64,000 nucleotides of DNA from an uncultured delta proteobacterium (GCA_963845145.1 CAWJQU010000005.1:640001-704000), one strand, 5' to 3'; positions 31,493 to 42,064 are shown, counted from the stretch's first letter. A program made the numbers and translations. Notes: a model not told the origin generated them from the sequence alone.

Positions 31493-32011
31493 ATGAAAGT
31501 AAAAGCCATCCGCCTCAGCGTGCTTATCGTGGGGTTGCTACTGGCCTTGCTTTTCACTGTGCCGGTTTCCGTGCTGACAGTGAGACTACCGCGAGAGGAT
31601 TTTCGCCTGGTTGAGGCTTTTCGTGTATCAAAGGGAGATCCGCTGGAGCTGGGATACCTTCATTCGGTGGAACGCACGAAAGTGGTGGGGCACTTCGCCA
31701 TCGATGACAACCAAAAGCTTTTAGCCACTGAAACATGGATGATGTCTGTCGGCACCGGGATGCCGAATACAGCGCCGGAACGAACCCGGCGCGAGGGTGA
31801 ATGGATCGTTGTGGACGAAAAAAACCATGTCCTTCCCGATATCCGCTTTTACTATGTATCGATCAATAAAACGGTTTTAAAAGTCGCCGGCCAGCCCCTG
31901 CCCCTTGATGCGGTGCGGTCCGGAAATCTTTTACGGATTGGGGTGGAAACCCCGCTTTTGGTCCGGTGGGTCCGGTGGTTGGTTACCGGCCGTGGGTGGC
32001 GATACGCTTAA
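31493..32011 (+). CDS. DUF1850-like TAXI-TRAP accessory protein
   Basis: YLHSVERT and GTGMP motifs; position in the TAXI operon; start uncertain. Confidence 0.75.
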   Translation: MKVKAIRLSVLIVGLLLALLFTVPVSVLTVRLPREDFRLVEAFRVSKGDPLELGYLHSVERTKVVGHFAIDDNQKLLATETWMMSVGTGMPNTAPERTRREGEWIVVDEKNHVLPDIRFYYVSINKTVLKVAGQPLPLDAVRSGNLLRIGVETPLLVRWVRWLVTGRGWRYA

Positions 32012-32019
32012 GAAAAATA

Positions 32020-32097
32020 TTCACCACTGAGCACGCGGAGTGCGCGGAGAAAAGATTACTACGAATAGCAATGATACTCTCTCTGCGATTTTTGCGA
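32020..32097. repeat. Degenerate REP-like palindromic intergenic repeat
   Basis: caccactgagcacgcggagtgcgcggag ... ctctctgcgatttttgcg. Confidence 0.5.
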
Positions 32098-32129
32098 TTA
32101 AGTAGGCACGAGACAGGAGCAAACTGATT

Positions 32130-33458
32130 ATGAGTAGTGACTCAGGCAATGTGTTTCCCCGGCGGCTGGACGCGCCCCTGCCCAAAGCCGCCAGGGCCGA
32201 GGGCGTATGGATCGAAGATGATCAGGGAAAGCGCTATATCGATGCCAGCGGAGGTGCCGTCGTTGTCAATTTGGGACATGGCCGCGAAGAGATCGCCCAG
32301 GCGGTATACGACCAGATCATCTCCCACCACTATGTCCATCCCACCATGTTTACCACGCCGGCGGTTGAGGCGTTGGCCGCTCGTCTGGCTGAAATAGCGC
32401 CGGGAGAAATTGACCGTTTCTACTTTATGTCCAGTGGGTCGGAAGCTGTGGAAACGGCCGTCAAATTGGCCCGCCAGGTTCACCTGGCCAATGGACAACC
32501 GGAACGGTTCAAAGTTCTTTCCCGCTGGAAATCTTACCACGGGTTAACCCTGGGAGCGCTCTCCGTCACCGGCCGCACGGTTTTTCGGGCCCCTTTTGCC
32601 CCCATGCTGGACACCTTCACCCATCATATTCCGCCGCCTTACTGCCTGCGCTGTTCCTATGGGCTAATCCATCCAGGCTGTAATTTGAAATGTGCCCGGG
32701 CCCTGGAAGAGACGCTTCTTAATCTGGGTCCCCAAACGGTCTCGGCCTTTGTGGGCGAAACGGTCAGCGGCGGCACCCTGGCGGCCTATCCGCCGCCGGA
32801 AGGGTATTGGCGTACCATTCGTGACATCTGTAACCGCTATGGGATCTTGCTGATTTTAGATGAAGTCTTGTGTGGCATGGGACGCACCGGTCGCTGGTTT
32901 GCCTGTCAGCATGACGCGGTGGTGCCGGATATAATTACCCTGGGCAAGGGGTTGACCGGGGGCGTTGTGCCCATGTCGGCGGTGGGGATTACCGGGCCCC
33001 ATTTCGATGCGATCCGGCAAAGCCCTGGTGGTTTTGCCCATGGCGGGACCTATTCTCACCACCCGGTGGGGGCGGCCGCTGCAATAAAAGTGATGGATAT
33101 TATCGAAAGCGAAGACCTGATCCGGCGGGTTGAGAAATATGGCTTGTTTTTAGGCGCAACCTTAAAGGATCGCCTCCATGATCTTCCCTGGGTGGGCGAT
33201 ATTCGGGGTATCGGATTTTTATGGGGGGTGGAGCTGGTGGCCGATCAAAAAACGCTGGCGCCCTTTCCACGCAAGGATCGAATCACCGAAAAAATCTGGG
33301 ATGCACTGTTCGCGAAGGGCATTATCGTTTATAAATCCACGGGGCTGGCCGGCGTCGACGGCGACGCCCTGATTGTGGCCCCGCCGTTTATCATGGAAAA
33401 AGAGGACATCGTCCGGGTAGCCGACACAATGCGGCAAACCATCAAGGAAGTGATTTAG
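32130..33458 (+). CDS. Class III PLP aminotransferase
   Basis: YIDASGGA, SGSEAVETA, SYHG, LILDEVLCGMGRTG, TLGKGLTGG, HGGTYS. Confidence 0.93.
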   Translation: MSSDSGNVFPRRLDAPLPKAARAEGVWIEDDQGKRYIDASGGAVVVNLGHGREEIAQAVYDQIISHHYVHPTMFTTPAVEALAARLAEIAPGEIDRFYFMSSGSEAVETAVKLARQVHLANGQPERFKVLSRWKSYHGLTLGALSVTGRTVFRAPFAPMLDTFTHHIPPPYCLRCSYGLIHPGCNLKCARALEETLLNLGPQTVSAFVGETVSGGTLAAYPPPEGYWRTIRDICNRYGILLILDEVLCGMGRTGRWFACQHDAVVPDIITLGKGLTGGVVPMSAVGITGPHFDAIRQSPGGFAHGGTYSHHPVGAAAAIKVMDIIESEDLIRRVEKYGLFLGATLKDRLHDLPWVGDIRGIGFLWGVELVADQKTLAPFPRKDRITEKIWDALFAKGIIVYKSTGLAGVDGDALIVAPPFIMEKEDIVRVADTMRQTIKEVI

Positions 33459-33502
33459 ACAACTTTTTACGACGCCATCATATTTTGGGAGAATGTAAAA
33501 CC

Positions 33503-34312
33503 ATGTCCAAACTGATCATTACCGTGGCCCCCACCGGCTCGCTACCAACAAAAAAGATGAATCCCCATGTCCCCATCACGCCGGAAGAGATCATCGAGAC
33601 CGGTGTTCGTTGCGAAAAGCTGGGCGCTTCCATCATCCATGTCCATGCCCGCAATCCAGCGGACGAATCGCCGTCCACCGATTATGCCATTTTCGAGGAA
33701 ATATATAACGGTCTTAAATCACGCACCCGACTGATCATTCAGATATCTACCGGCGGGCGGGCGGGGACGTCTTACGCGGAACGCAACGAGCGGTTAAAGC
33801 TATCCCCCGAAATGGCCAGTCTCACGACCGGCTCGGTCAATTTTCCCAATTCGGTATATGCCAACAGCCCGGATCTTATCGAATCCCTGGCAGCGGATAT
33901 GCAGCGCCTCAAGATTAAGCCGGAGATGGAGATTTTCGATACCGGCATGGTCAATAACGCCTTGAATCTGGTAAAAAAAGAGTTGGCTACACCGCCGCTT
34001 CATTTCGATTTTGTATTGGGCTTGAAAGGCGCTCTGCCGGCTACCATCGAGAATCTGGTACACTTAAAAAATTCGATTCCCAAAAACGCGACCTGGACAG
34101 TCGCAGGTATCGGGCCCGCACAATTGCCCATGGCCACCCACGCCATCCTGATGGGCGGGCACGTAAGGGTGGGATTGGAAGACAACATTTTTTATGAAAA
34201 AGGCGACCTGGCCAGCAATGAGCGACTCGTGGAACGAATGGTCGACCTGTCGAATATTTTGGGCCGGCCGGTGGCCACACCCGATGAAGCACGAAATCTG
34301 CTCAAATTGTAA
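33503..34312 (+). CDS. Beta-keto acid cleavage enzyme (BKACE/DUF849)
   Basis: IITVAPTG, IIHVHAR, ISTGGR, KPEMEIFD, HVRVGLEDN. Confidence 0.93.
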   Translation: MSKLIITVAPTGSLPTKKMNPHVPITPEEIIETGVRCEKLGASIIHVHARNPADESPSTDYAIFEEIYNGLKSRTRLIIQISTGGRAGTSYAERNERLKLSPEMASLTTGSVNFPNSVYANSPDLIESLAADMQRLKIKPEMEIFDTGMVNNALNLVKKELATPPLHFDFVLGLKGALPATIENLVHLKNSIPKNATWTVAGIGPAQLPMATHAILMGGHVRVGLEDNIFYEKGDLASNERLVERMVDLSNILGRPVATPDEARNLLKL

Positions 34313-34326
34313 AGGAGGAGTACCGC

Positions 34327-34554
34327 ATGGGAGAAATACGTATGACAACGGAAGTTCGAACGGACTATGACTGCGAAACAACCGGTCTGCCGGCCGAGCG
34401 TTGGGGGGAAGCGGTGTTTAAAATCGGTGATGAAGAAATTGTCATGGAAGTGAGTGTCGAAAAAGATATCATGGTATCCATGATGGTAGATGAAAAAACA
34501 ACCTGGCGAGGGACACTAAAAGGTTTGAAACAGTTAATCCAGAGTACCTTATAG
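34327..34554 (+). CDS. Small hypothetical protein
   Basis: AAGGAGGAG RBS, 75-aa ORF co-oriented in the operon. Confidence 0.7.
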   Translation: MGEIRMTTEVRTDYDCETTGLPAERWGEAVFKIGDEEIVMEVSVEKDIMVSMMVDEKTTWRGTLKGLKQLIQSTL

Positions 34555-34555
34555 G

Positions 34556-35920
34556 ATGATTATGCAACATTTACAGCGTCACGAAGTTTCTGTCGGAAAT
34601 TACTACGTGAGTAACTCGAAACCTTTGATTTTAGAGGCTTCATTGGGTACCTGCGTTGGGGTGGCCCTCTATGATCAGAAAAACGGAATCGGTGGGCTGA
34701 GCCATTTGATGCTCGAAAAGCCACCCGTTTTTCCAGGCGACTTCAAGCCGGAGAAATATGCCTCAACGGGGTTGCCGATTTTTTTTGATGCGCTGTTGGA
34801 TGCGGGTGCTTCACCCGAGAATCTCATTGCCGCGATCGCCGGTGGTTCCCTTATCGGTCCTTTGAAGGAATATGATTTGGATTTTGACATCGGCGGGAGA
34901 ACCGTTGAGTGCGTGATGGAATTTCTCGCCAAAAAACGGATACCCCTCAACATATCAGAAACCGGCGGTTTTTTCGCCTGCTTTTTAAATCTCAATCTGC
35001 AAACCTGGGCATGCACCATAAAACCGGCCGGACATGTAAAACTAGCCGCACCTGGGCGCAGCCAGATACCGACGGCAAAAGAAATCAACCGTTCAATACG
35101 GAACTTGCAACCCATTCCTCAGGTCGCCCTGAAAATGTTGCGGCTCATTAATGAAGACAACTACGATACCCATAAGCTAACCACCGAAATTCGGAAGGAC
35201 CAGGTCATCGCAGCGCGTACAATTAACCTTTGCAACTCCGTTTTTTATGGAAGCCCCAATGAAATCGAAACCGTGGATCATGCCCTGGTCTATCTGGGTC
35301 AAAACAGGTTGATCAAGTTTGTCATATCCGCATCCTTAAAAACGTTCTTCAGTCAAGCCGGTATGGGGTACTCCCTCTGTAAAGGCGGCATTTATAATCA
35401 TGCCCTCGGCACGGCCATCATCGCCGAAAAACTCGCCCAGGCAACGGAAAAAGTGAGCCCGACATTGGCCTACACCGGCGGGTTGTTGCATGACATCGGA
35501 AAGGTCGTCTTGGACCAATTTATCCAAGCCGTTTTCCCGCTTTTTTATCGAAACGTATACGAAGAAAAAAAAGATTCCTTAGACGTTGAAAAAGCCACGT
35601 TTGGTACCGACCACACCCGTGCGGGCGACGCCCTTGCCGAACAATATTCACTTCCCGATTCGCTGCGGGAAACCATAAACCACCACCATAAGCCGGAAGA
35701 TGCCGCTTATAATAAAGATCTGGTACACCATGTGTACCTGGCCGACCTGCTGATGTCCCGATTCCACACCGGTCTAGAGGTCGAGCGCATAAATACTGAT
35801 GCGTTGTCCGAAAGACTCGAGACCATTGGGTTTTCAATAAAATTATTTTCGGAGATTGTCGATATGATTCCCATCAAAGTATTGCAATCATCCCCGGAGA
35901 TGGCTTTGATGGGCGATTAA
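34556..35920 (+). CDS. CheD-like domain fused to HDOD domain
   Basis: LGTCVGVALYD...GGLSH (CheD) then PIPQVALK, LLHDIGKVVL, HHHKP (HDOD). Confidence 0.88.
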   Translation: MIMQHLQRHEVSVGNYYVSNSKPLILEASLGTCVGVALYDQKNGIGGLSHLMLEKPPVFPGDFKPEKYASTGLPIFFDALLDAGASPENLIAAIAGGSLIGPLKEYDLDFDIGGRTVECVMEFLAKKRIPLNISETGGFFACFLNLNLQTWACTIKPAGHVKLAAPGRSQIPTAKEINRSIRNLQPIPQVALKMLRLINEDNYDTHKLTTEIRKDQVIAARTINLCNSVFYGSPNEIETVDHALVYLGQNRLIKFVISASLKTFFSQAGMGYSLCKGGIYNHALGTAIIAEKLAQATEKVSPTLAYTGGLLHDIGKVVLDQFIQAVFPLFYRNVYEEKKDSLDVEKATFGTDHTRAGDALAEQYSLPDSLRETINHHHKPEDAAYNKDLVHHVYLADLLMSRFHTGLEVERINTDALSERLETIGFSIKLFSEIVDMIPIKVLQSSPEMALMGD

Positions 35921-36239
35921 TGTTTGCGGAGGATTCAATCAAGCCATTGTCGGGAATGATGTTATGGTATGAATTGGTGAGAAAACATACCTGCGAGGGA
36001 CGCGAAAGGGTCTGAAGTAATGGATCAGGAGATGATCCAATTTGAAATATTGGTGATTATACGGTTTCTGTTTATTTTGAATATGCGTTGGATAACAAGG
36101 TAGGTTTTCTTAAAGTTATACTTATTTATTATCGAGAGCTCAAAAATATGACGTCTAACACCGTTCCGCTCAACTCCACTCGGACTCGCTTAAACGCGCC
36201 GGTTATCTTTACATTATAATTAGGAAATAAAATACAAAT

Positions 36240-36743
36240 ATGCCATTTACACCATTTCATTTTGGGCTAAGCGCTTGTCTGGCATTACCTTTGAATAGAT
36301 ATATTGATTTACCTGTCTTTGTATTAGCCAATGTAGCTATCGACATAGAGCCTTTAGTTGTAATGCTATTTGACTTTTCCTACCCACTTCATGGATATGC
36401 ACATACACTCCTTGGAGCAACAATTATTGGTATCGCGAGTGGGGTTATAGCTAATTATGCAAAGAATCCTCTTACTTTTGTAATAAAAACGATGTTGAGG
36501 TTGCCATATAGTAATTCATTAAAGAAATATGTTTTTTCTGGTGTTTTAGGAACATGGCTTCATATTTTATTGGATTCTACATTGTATACAGACATCAAGC
36601 CATTTTATCCCTTTAGTGGTAACTCGCTTTTCGGGATTGTTCAAAGTAGCACAATGTATAAATACTGTGCTATAGCTTTTATTCCAGCAATAGTACTATA
36701 TTTTTTACTCGTAACTATAGAAAATAAAAGAAAAACATTATAA
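36240..36743 (+). CDS. Membrane-bound metal-dependent hydrolase-like protein
   Basis: MPFTPFHFG, IDIEP, LHGYAHT, LHILLD. Confidence 0.8.
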   Translation: MPFTPFHFGLSACLALPLNRYIDLPVFVLANVAIDIEPLVVMLFDFSYPLHGYAHTLLGATIIGIASGVIANYAKNPLTFVIKTMLRLPYSNSLKKYVFSGVLGTWLHILLDSTLYTDIKPFYPFSGNSLFGIVQSSTMYKYCAIAFIPAIVLYFLLVTIENKRKTL

Positions 36744-36749
36744 TAAGTC

Positions 36750-36832
36750 TTGTTGGGTTGAGATACGAAACCCAACGCAAATATGGCATCACGTGTGATT
36801 GTTGGGTTTCGTTGCGTTCTATCCAACCTACG
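36750..36832. repeat. REP doublet (REPIN-like), GTAG class
   Basis: gttgggttgagatacgaaacccaac ... gttgggtttcgttgcgttctatccaacctac. Confidence 0.75.
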
Positions 36833-36899
36833 CAGCTTGTTAGCCGCAAAGGTATGACAGCATCGTTAATGCAAAGCATTTCACAAATTGAGAGGTGTC

Positions 36900-37295
36900 A
36901 TGATAAATACAGTAGAAACATCCACTCCAGCTAATACACCCGACCCCATAGGACCTTACAATCACATCGCAAAGGTCGGTCCGTTTATCAGCATCGGCGG
37001 AACCGCTGGGGTAAACCCGGCTACCGGTCAACTGGCTGGAGCGAATGTATATTCGCAAACAAAGCAGATTATAGCGTCATTTGAAACGATGCTGCACTCA
37101 GTTGGTTCAGACTTGAATCAAGTAATCCACGTAAACATATTCTTAGATAGCATGAAAGATTTCGACGAAATCAACCGGGCCTATATCGAGATGATGGGTG
37201 ACCACCGTCCCGCACGAACAGTAATTGGAGTGAGTGAGCTCCCGAAACCCGGAGTGTTGCTCACAATGAATCTGACCGCCGTTACGACCGAATGA
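36900..37295 (+). CDS. RidA/YjgF family protein
   Basis: PIGPYNH, DFDEINRAY, RPART. Confidence 0.9.
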   Translation: MINTVETSTPANTPDPIGPYNHIAKVGPFISIGGTAGVNPATGQLAGANVYSQTKQIIASFETMLHSVGSDLNQVIHVNIFLDSMKDFDEINRAYIEMMGDHRPARTVIGVSELPKPGVLLTMNLTAVTTE

Positions 37296-37405
37296 TTATT
37301 GAAAAGCGTAAAAAACGCGCCCGTCTCAACTCAATCGTTACCAGATAAATATGCATGCAATTCATTGGACTCGTCCATCTAATCATTAGGGGGTACATCA
37401 ATCAT

Positions 37406-37648
37406 ATGATTCATCCATACGACAATTCAACGCAGACACGCTGGGACCGCGGCGAGTTCAAGGTTCAACTCAATCAGCAAAATAATTCTCGTCCCATTGG
37501 GTTTTGTGACGGAAGCCCCGAGGACGTCACTGAGCTCCTCTCAATCGCCGAAGCCGAGGGCGGTTATGACGTAAAGATCCATAAGAAGATCCTCAAGACC
37601 GGGCGCGAGATATGGACCTTGGGTGGCCAAGGGAACCCCGGCGTTTAA
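37406..37648 (+). CDS. Small hypothetical protein
   Basis: MIHPYDNSTQTRWDRGEFKV...KTGREIWTL. Confidence 0.6.
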   Translation: MIHPYDNSTQTRWDRGEFKVQLNQQNNSRPIGFCDGSPEDVTELLSIAEAEGGYDVKIHKKILKTGREIWTLGGQGNPGV

Positions 37649-37698
37649 TAATTCCTTTTCTGTGATGCAAGCGGAAAACAGAAGAACTGTACAGTCTT

Positions 37699-37735
37699 GT
37701 AGGTTGGGTTGAGATACGAAACCCAACGCAAATAC
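37699..37735. repeat. Single REP, same family as 36750
   Basis: gtaggttgggttgagatacgaaacccaacgcaaata. Confidence 0.75.
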
Positions 37736-37812
37736 GGCTTCAAAGCTTTTAAACCGCCCCTCCTCTCCTTAGCCGTTATGCAAATGATGTTTTTACCCAG
37801 GAGCTAAAACTC

Positions 37813-38914
37813 ATGAACGGGAAAAAAAGAATCATTACCGCTCTTGAAATAAAGGAGCCGGATTACGTCCCCCTTTATATCCATGGCATTAATGAGGGTC
37901 CCATTATCGGGATTGGAAAACACCTCACTGACAGCCTTCCTGAACCTCAGGATTTCAGGCTCATGAATGATAATGATAAACTAAAACTTGTTGATACGCT
38001 TTTCATGATCCATGAGGCATTTGATATTGATGGTATTACCACATTTGAAATCGGCCATGAAACAAGGGTAGATGATCTCCATGTGAAAGATGGATTCGGT
38101 GTGATTTATAAACTGTCGAAACATGGCATCCCTGTGCCGGTTGGTCACCCTGTAAAAACCGCTGATGATTTAAAAAAATTCAAGCCCCCAAGGCCACGAA
38201 AGGAGGATCTCGGACTTCTTGAATCTGGCCATTGACCGATTTAAAGGTCAAAAGGCCAGCTTTTGGCTCATGCGGGGTTCTTTTGTTCGTTCCTGGCGCT
38301 TAATAGGCATGACAAATTTCATGATGAATATTTACAGCAACCCTGAATTTATCCACCGGGTCTCACAGATGATGTTGGAATTTAATCTTGCGCAGCTTGA
38401 TCTGCTGGTAAAAGCCGGACTTGATGTGCTGGTAATTGAAGATGATATCGCCTCAACCAACTGCCCTATGATATCTCCGGATCATTTTAAAACTTTTGTA
38501 AATCACTATAACAGGCAAATCGTTGACAAGGCCCATGAAAAGGGACTTAAGGTAGTCAGGCATTCTGATGGCAACCTATGGCCCCTTATGGATATCCTGC
38601 TTGAAACCGGTTACGATGGCATCAATCCTCTGGAACCCCAGGCAGGCATGGAGATGAAAAAACTAAAAGAGTACTGTGGTGACAGAATATGCCTTCTGGG
38701 TAATATTGACTGCGTAGATCTCTTGCCTTCCGGTACCCCAGACCAGGTTGAACAGGCTGTCATACAAACCATTAAAGACGGGGCAAAGGGTGGCGGCCTG
38801 ATTATCTGCTCTTCAAATTCCCTGCATCCGGGTGTTGATCCTGAAAACTGTATCGCCATGTTTAAAGCCGCGCGCAGGCATGGAAATTATAAAAAAGATT
38901 CCATAAATGGCTGA
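37813..38914 (+). CDS. Uroporphyrinogen decarboxylase-family protein, frameshift near 38220
   Basis: EPDYVP, IEDDIA, RHSDGN, LLGNID, SSNSLHPG. Confidence 0.85.
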
Positions 38915-40166
38915 CAAAAAATCCTGGACTATTTTCTGGTTGCTGTTTGGGCTCTACATGTTTGATTACATGGATCGCATGGTTATTGTCTCCCTTTTTC
39001 CCTATTTAAAACAGGAGATGGGGATGACCGATGCCCAATGCGGTCTAATGGTTTCTTCCGTTTATTGGTCGATTCTGATATTCTCTTTTCCCGTCTCGAT
39101 TCTTGTTGACCGATGGAGTCGAACAAAAAGTATTTCCATCATGGCTGCGCTTTGGAGCATGGCCACGCTATCCTGTGCATTTGCGAAAAATTTTCCACAG
39201 CTTCTTATCGCCAGGGCCGCCATTGGTATTGGCGAGGCAGGATATGCCCCCGGCGGAACAGCCATGCTTTCTGCCAGTTTCCCAAAAGAAAAAAGAGCGA
39301 GAATTCTTGGATTCTGGAATGCTTCGATTCCGCTTGGAAGTGCTCTTGGCATTGGGATCGGTGGATTTGTCGCTCATCATTTTGGCTGGCGGCATGCATT
39401 CGGACTTGTCGCCTTTCCCGGCCTTCTCCTGGCCGTATTTTTTTATTTTGTCAAAGATTATAAAACCATCGCGCTGACTAAAAAGGAAAAAACCGGCCAA
39501 GAAATAAAAATGCCGTTTACTGATATGATAAGGCAATTTACCCATAATCCGACCCTGCTCTGCAACAACCTCTCTTTTGCCTTGAATGTCTTTATAACCA
39601 CATCCCTTTTGACCTGGTTGCCGACATATTTTCATCGATTTGACAATCTTGCCATGGATAAGTCGAGTATGAAGGCCAGTTCCATCATGGTTCTTGCAAT
39701 TATTGGCGCTCCTTTGGGAGGCCTCCTGTCAGATCTGTGGATGAGAAAAAGAGAAAATGCCCGCCTTTTGTTCCCGGCAATATCATCCATCCTTACTGGC
39801 ATTCTACTTTTTTTCGCTTTTTCCTTTTTTCACGGGAAAATTCAATATCTTGTTCTGCTTCTCACCGGAATAACAGCTGTGGCCTTTGTGCCATCCTGCG
39901 TGGCTGTGACTCAGGATGTGGTGCACCCCGGGCTTCGGGCAGTTTCGTTAAGTTTGAATATCATCATCCAGCATCTACTGGGTTCAAGCCTTGCCCCTAT
40001 TGTAATTGGAAAATTATCGGACGGGTATGGCCTTGATAGGGCGCTTACAATTCTTCCCGTATTTGCCTTGCTTGCCGGGATCTTACTTTTTATTGGCTCC
40101 TTTTTTTATAAGAAAGATCTTTATGACGAACATTCTGCAGCTTTTGATAAAAATGATCCTGAATAG
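38907..40166 (+). CDS. MFS transporter
   Basis: DYMDR, LVDRWSR, ARAAIGIGEAGYAPG. Confidence 0.92.
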   Translation: MADKKSWTIFWLLFGLYMFDYMDRMVIVSLFPYLKQEMGMTDAQCGLMVSSVYWSILIFSFPVSILVDRWSRTKSISIMAALWSMATLSCAFAKNFPQLLIARAAIGIGEAGYAPGGTAMLSASFPKEKRARILGFWNASIPLGSALGIGIGGFVAHHFGWRHAFGLVAFPGLLLAVFFYFVKDYKTIALTKKEKTGQEIKMPFTDMIRQFTHNPTLLCNNLSFALNVFITTSLLTWLPTYFHRFDNLAMDKSSMKASSIMVLAIIGAPLGGLLSDLWMRKRENARLLFPAISSILTGILLFFAFSFFHGKIQYLVLLLTGITAVAFVPSCVAVTQDVVHPGLRAVSLSLNIIIQHLLGSSLAPIVIGKLSDGYGLDRALTILPVFALLAGILLFIGSFFYKKDLYDEHSAAFDKNDPE

Positions 40167-40518
40167 CAAATGGGGCGGTGGAGTGGGGCCGAACCGAGGT
40201 AACATACCGTAACAAATTGGAATGCGCTAAAAAATACCCCTAAATATTGGACTATATCGTCCTTAAAGATTGTTGCCAATAAAGTAAAATTGATCATCCC
40301 TTCGATACTGAAAAGAAAAAATCTTAAAGATAATTATTTTAAAGCTCATATGAATGAGGTGGGAGACAGATGGTTCGTTTCATATATAGAATAACCATTA
40401 GTGAACAAAAATTGAAACCTCAACAAGTAACATGCACCGGATTTCACCGGTGAGGTTTAAAGTGCTACTCTATGATAAAAATGAAACTTTTTTAAACCTT
40501 GATTTTTGAATTTAATTC

Positions 40519-40562
40519 AGACATATTGTCATCACATATAATTAACTGGGGACAATATGTCT
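40519..40562. promoter_or_regulatory. Inverted repeat, candidate AbiEi operator
   Basis: agacatattgtc-20 bp-gacaatatgtct immediately upstream of the antitoxin gene. Confidence 0.65.
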
Positions 40563-40571
40563 TGAGCGCTA

Positions 40572-41165
40572 ATGAAAAAAGATCCCAAAAAAATATTCCG
40601 TGAAAATGGTGGGCAGCTTCGTATGAACGAGGCGATCAAGCGTGGTATTTCCAGATATATGCTTTATAAGCTAAAAGATAAAGGTATTATAGAGCAGATA
40701 AGCAGGGGGGTTTATCGCCTTAAAGATCTACCTCCGATTAGCAACCCTGATCTGGTAACTGTCAGTCTTAGATTCCCGAATTCTGTGATTTGCCTTATCT
40801 CGGCACTGGCGTTTCATGGAATCACGACCCAGATTCCACATTCAGTTTCAGTGGCAATACCAAGAGGATCAAGGCCTCCTTCTCTTGACTACCCTCCTGT
40901 GCAACCACATCAATTTTCAGGAAATGCTTATAGTACAGGCATTGAAACGCTTTTGATTGATGAGGTTCCTATAAAAATTTACAGTATGGAAAAAACACTG
41001 GCCGACTGTTTTAAATTTCGAAATAAAATTGGTATGGATATTGTTCTGGAAGCTTTCAAACTCTATCGAGAAAGAAAAAAAACGGATCTGACCAAGCTGA
41101 TCAAATATGGAAAAATCTGTAGGGTTAATAGAGTGATGATGCCATATTTAGAGGCACTTGCATGA
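40572..41165 (+). CDS. Type IV TA antitoxin, AbiEi family
   Basis: IEQISRGVYRL, ICLISALAFHG, EKTLADCFKFR. Confidence 0.88.
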   Translation: MKKDPKKIFRENGGQLRMNEAIKRGISRYMLYKLKDKGIIEQISRGVYRLKDLPPISNPDLVTVSLRFPNSVICLISALAFHGITTQIPHSVSVAIPRGSRPPSLDYPPVQPHQFSGNAYSTGIETLLIDEVPIKIYSMEKTLADCFKFRNKIGMDIVLEAFKLYRERKKTDLTKLIKYGKICRVNRVMMPYLEALA

Positions 41166-42064
41166 AGCTTGTCAAAAATGTTCCTGCATCTGTCAGGCAG
41201 CGGCTTCTTGATCGTGCCAGGACAGGTCACCGCCCATTCAACGAGTTGCTCCAGTACTATGCAATTGAACGATTTCTTTACAGGTTTTCCCTATCTGCCC
41301 ATTTAAAACGGTTCGTTCTCAAGGGAGCATTGATGTTGAGGGTTTGGGATTCGCCGGAAATCCGTCCAACCTTAGACATTGATATGCTTGGAATGGCAAG
41401 CAACAAAGAATCAGAAATCATCAAACAGGTTCGTGATATTCTCGCTGTTGAAGTGGAACCGGACGGATTGTTTTTTGATACTGATTCCATCAAAAGTGAG
41501 AGAATTACCGAAGACGCAAATTATGATGGGATAAGAATCCGGTTCCACGGAAGTTTGGAAAAAGCGATAATCCATATGCAGATTGACATAGGGTTCGGGG
41601 ATGCGGTTCACCCTGGACCTGAAATGCACGAACTCCCGACTCTGCTTGATTTTCCTGCACCTCGACTGAGCTGCTATAGCCGGGAAAGTTCAATAGCAGA
41701 AAAGCTTGAAGCAATGGTTAAACTCGGAGTTTTAAATAGCCGGATGAAAGACTTTTACGACATCTGGCTGTTGGCCAGATTATTTGATTTTGACGGTGCC
41801 ATTCTTACCGAAGCGATTCGCCAAACTTTTGAACATCGAGGGACACAAATCCCCTCGAAAATAGAAGCGTTTTCTGATTCGTTCATTGATTCCAAACAAG
41901 GTCAATGGGCCGCCTTCTGGAAAAGACTCAATCAGGAGCATGTCCCCAAAATATTTCAAGATATTGTGATAGTTGTAAAAGGATTCTTATTTCCTGTTAT
42001 TTCATCTTACTCCTCTAAAAAATCAAACCCTGGAAAATGGAAGGCACCTGGACCATGGAAATGA
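41162..42064 (+). CDS. Type IV TA toxin, AbiEii nucleotidyltransferase
   Basis: VLKGAL, RPTLDID, IDIGFGD, AEKLEAM, SRMKDFYD. Confidence 0.9.
   Translation: MKLVKNVPASVRQRLLDRARTGHRPFNELLQYYAIERFLYRFSLSAHLKRFVLKGALMLRVWDSPEIRPTLDIDMLGMASNKESEIIKQVRDILAVEVEPDGLFFDTDSIKSERITEDANYDGIRIRFHGSLEKAIIHMQIDIGFGDAVHPGPEMHELPTLLDFPAPRLSCYSRESSIAEKLEAMVKLGVLNSRMKDFYDIWLLARLFDFDGAILTEAIRQTFEHRGTQIPSKIEAFSDSFIDSKQGQWAAFWKRLNQEHVPKIFQDIVIVVKGFLFPVISSYSSKKSNPGKWKAPGPWK

Noticed and set aside
33503..34312. Lysine fermentation gene kce
   Set aside because: No kamA, kamDE, kdd or kal nearby and the motifs differ, so only the family is called
35980..36020. Cyclic-di-nucleotide (GEMM-I) riboswitch-like words gcga...gggacgcgaaag.ggtct
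   Set aside because: The required stems cannot form without large deletions; an Infernal scan would be needed
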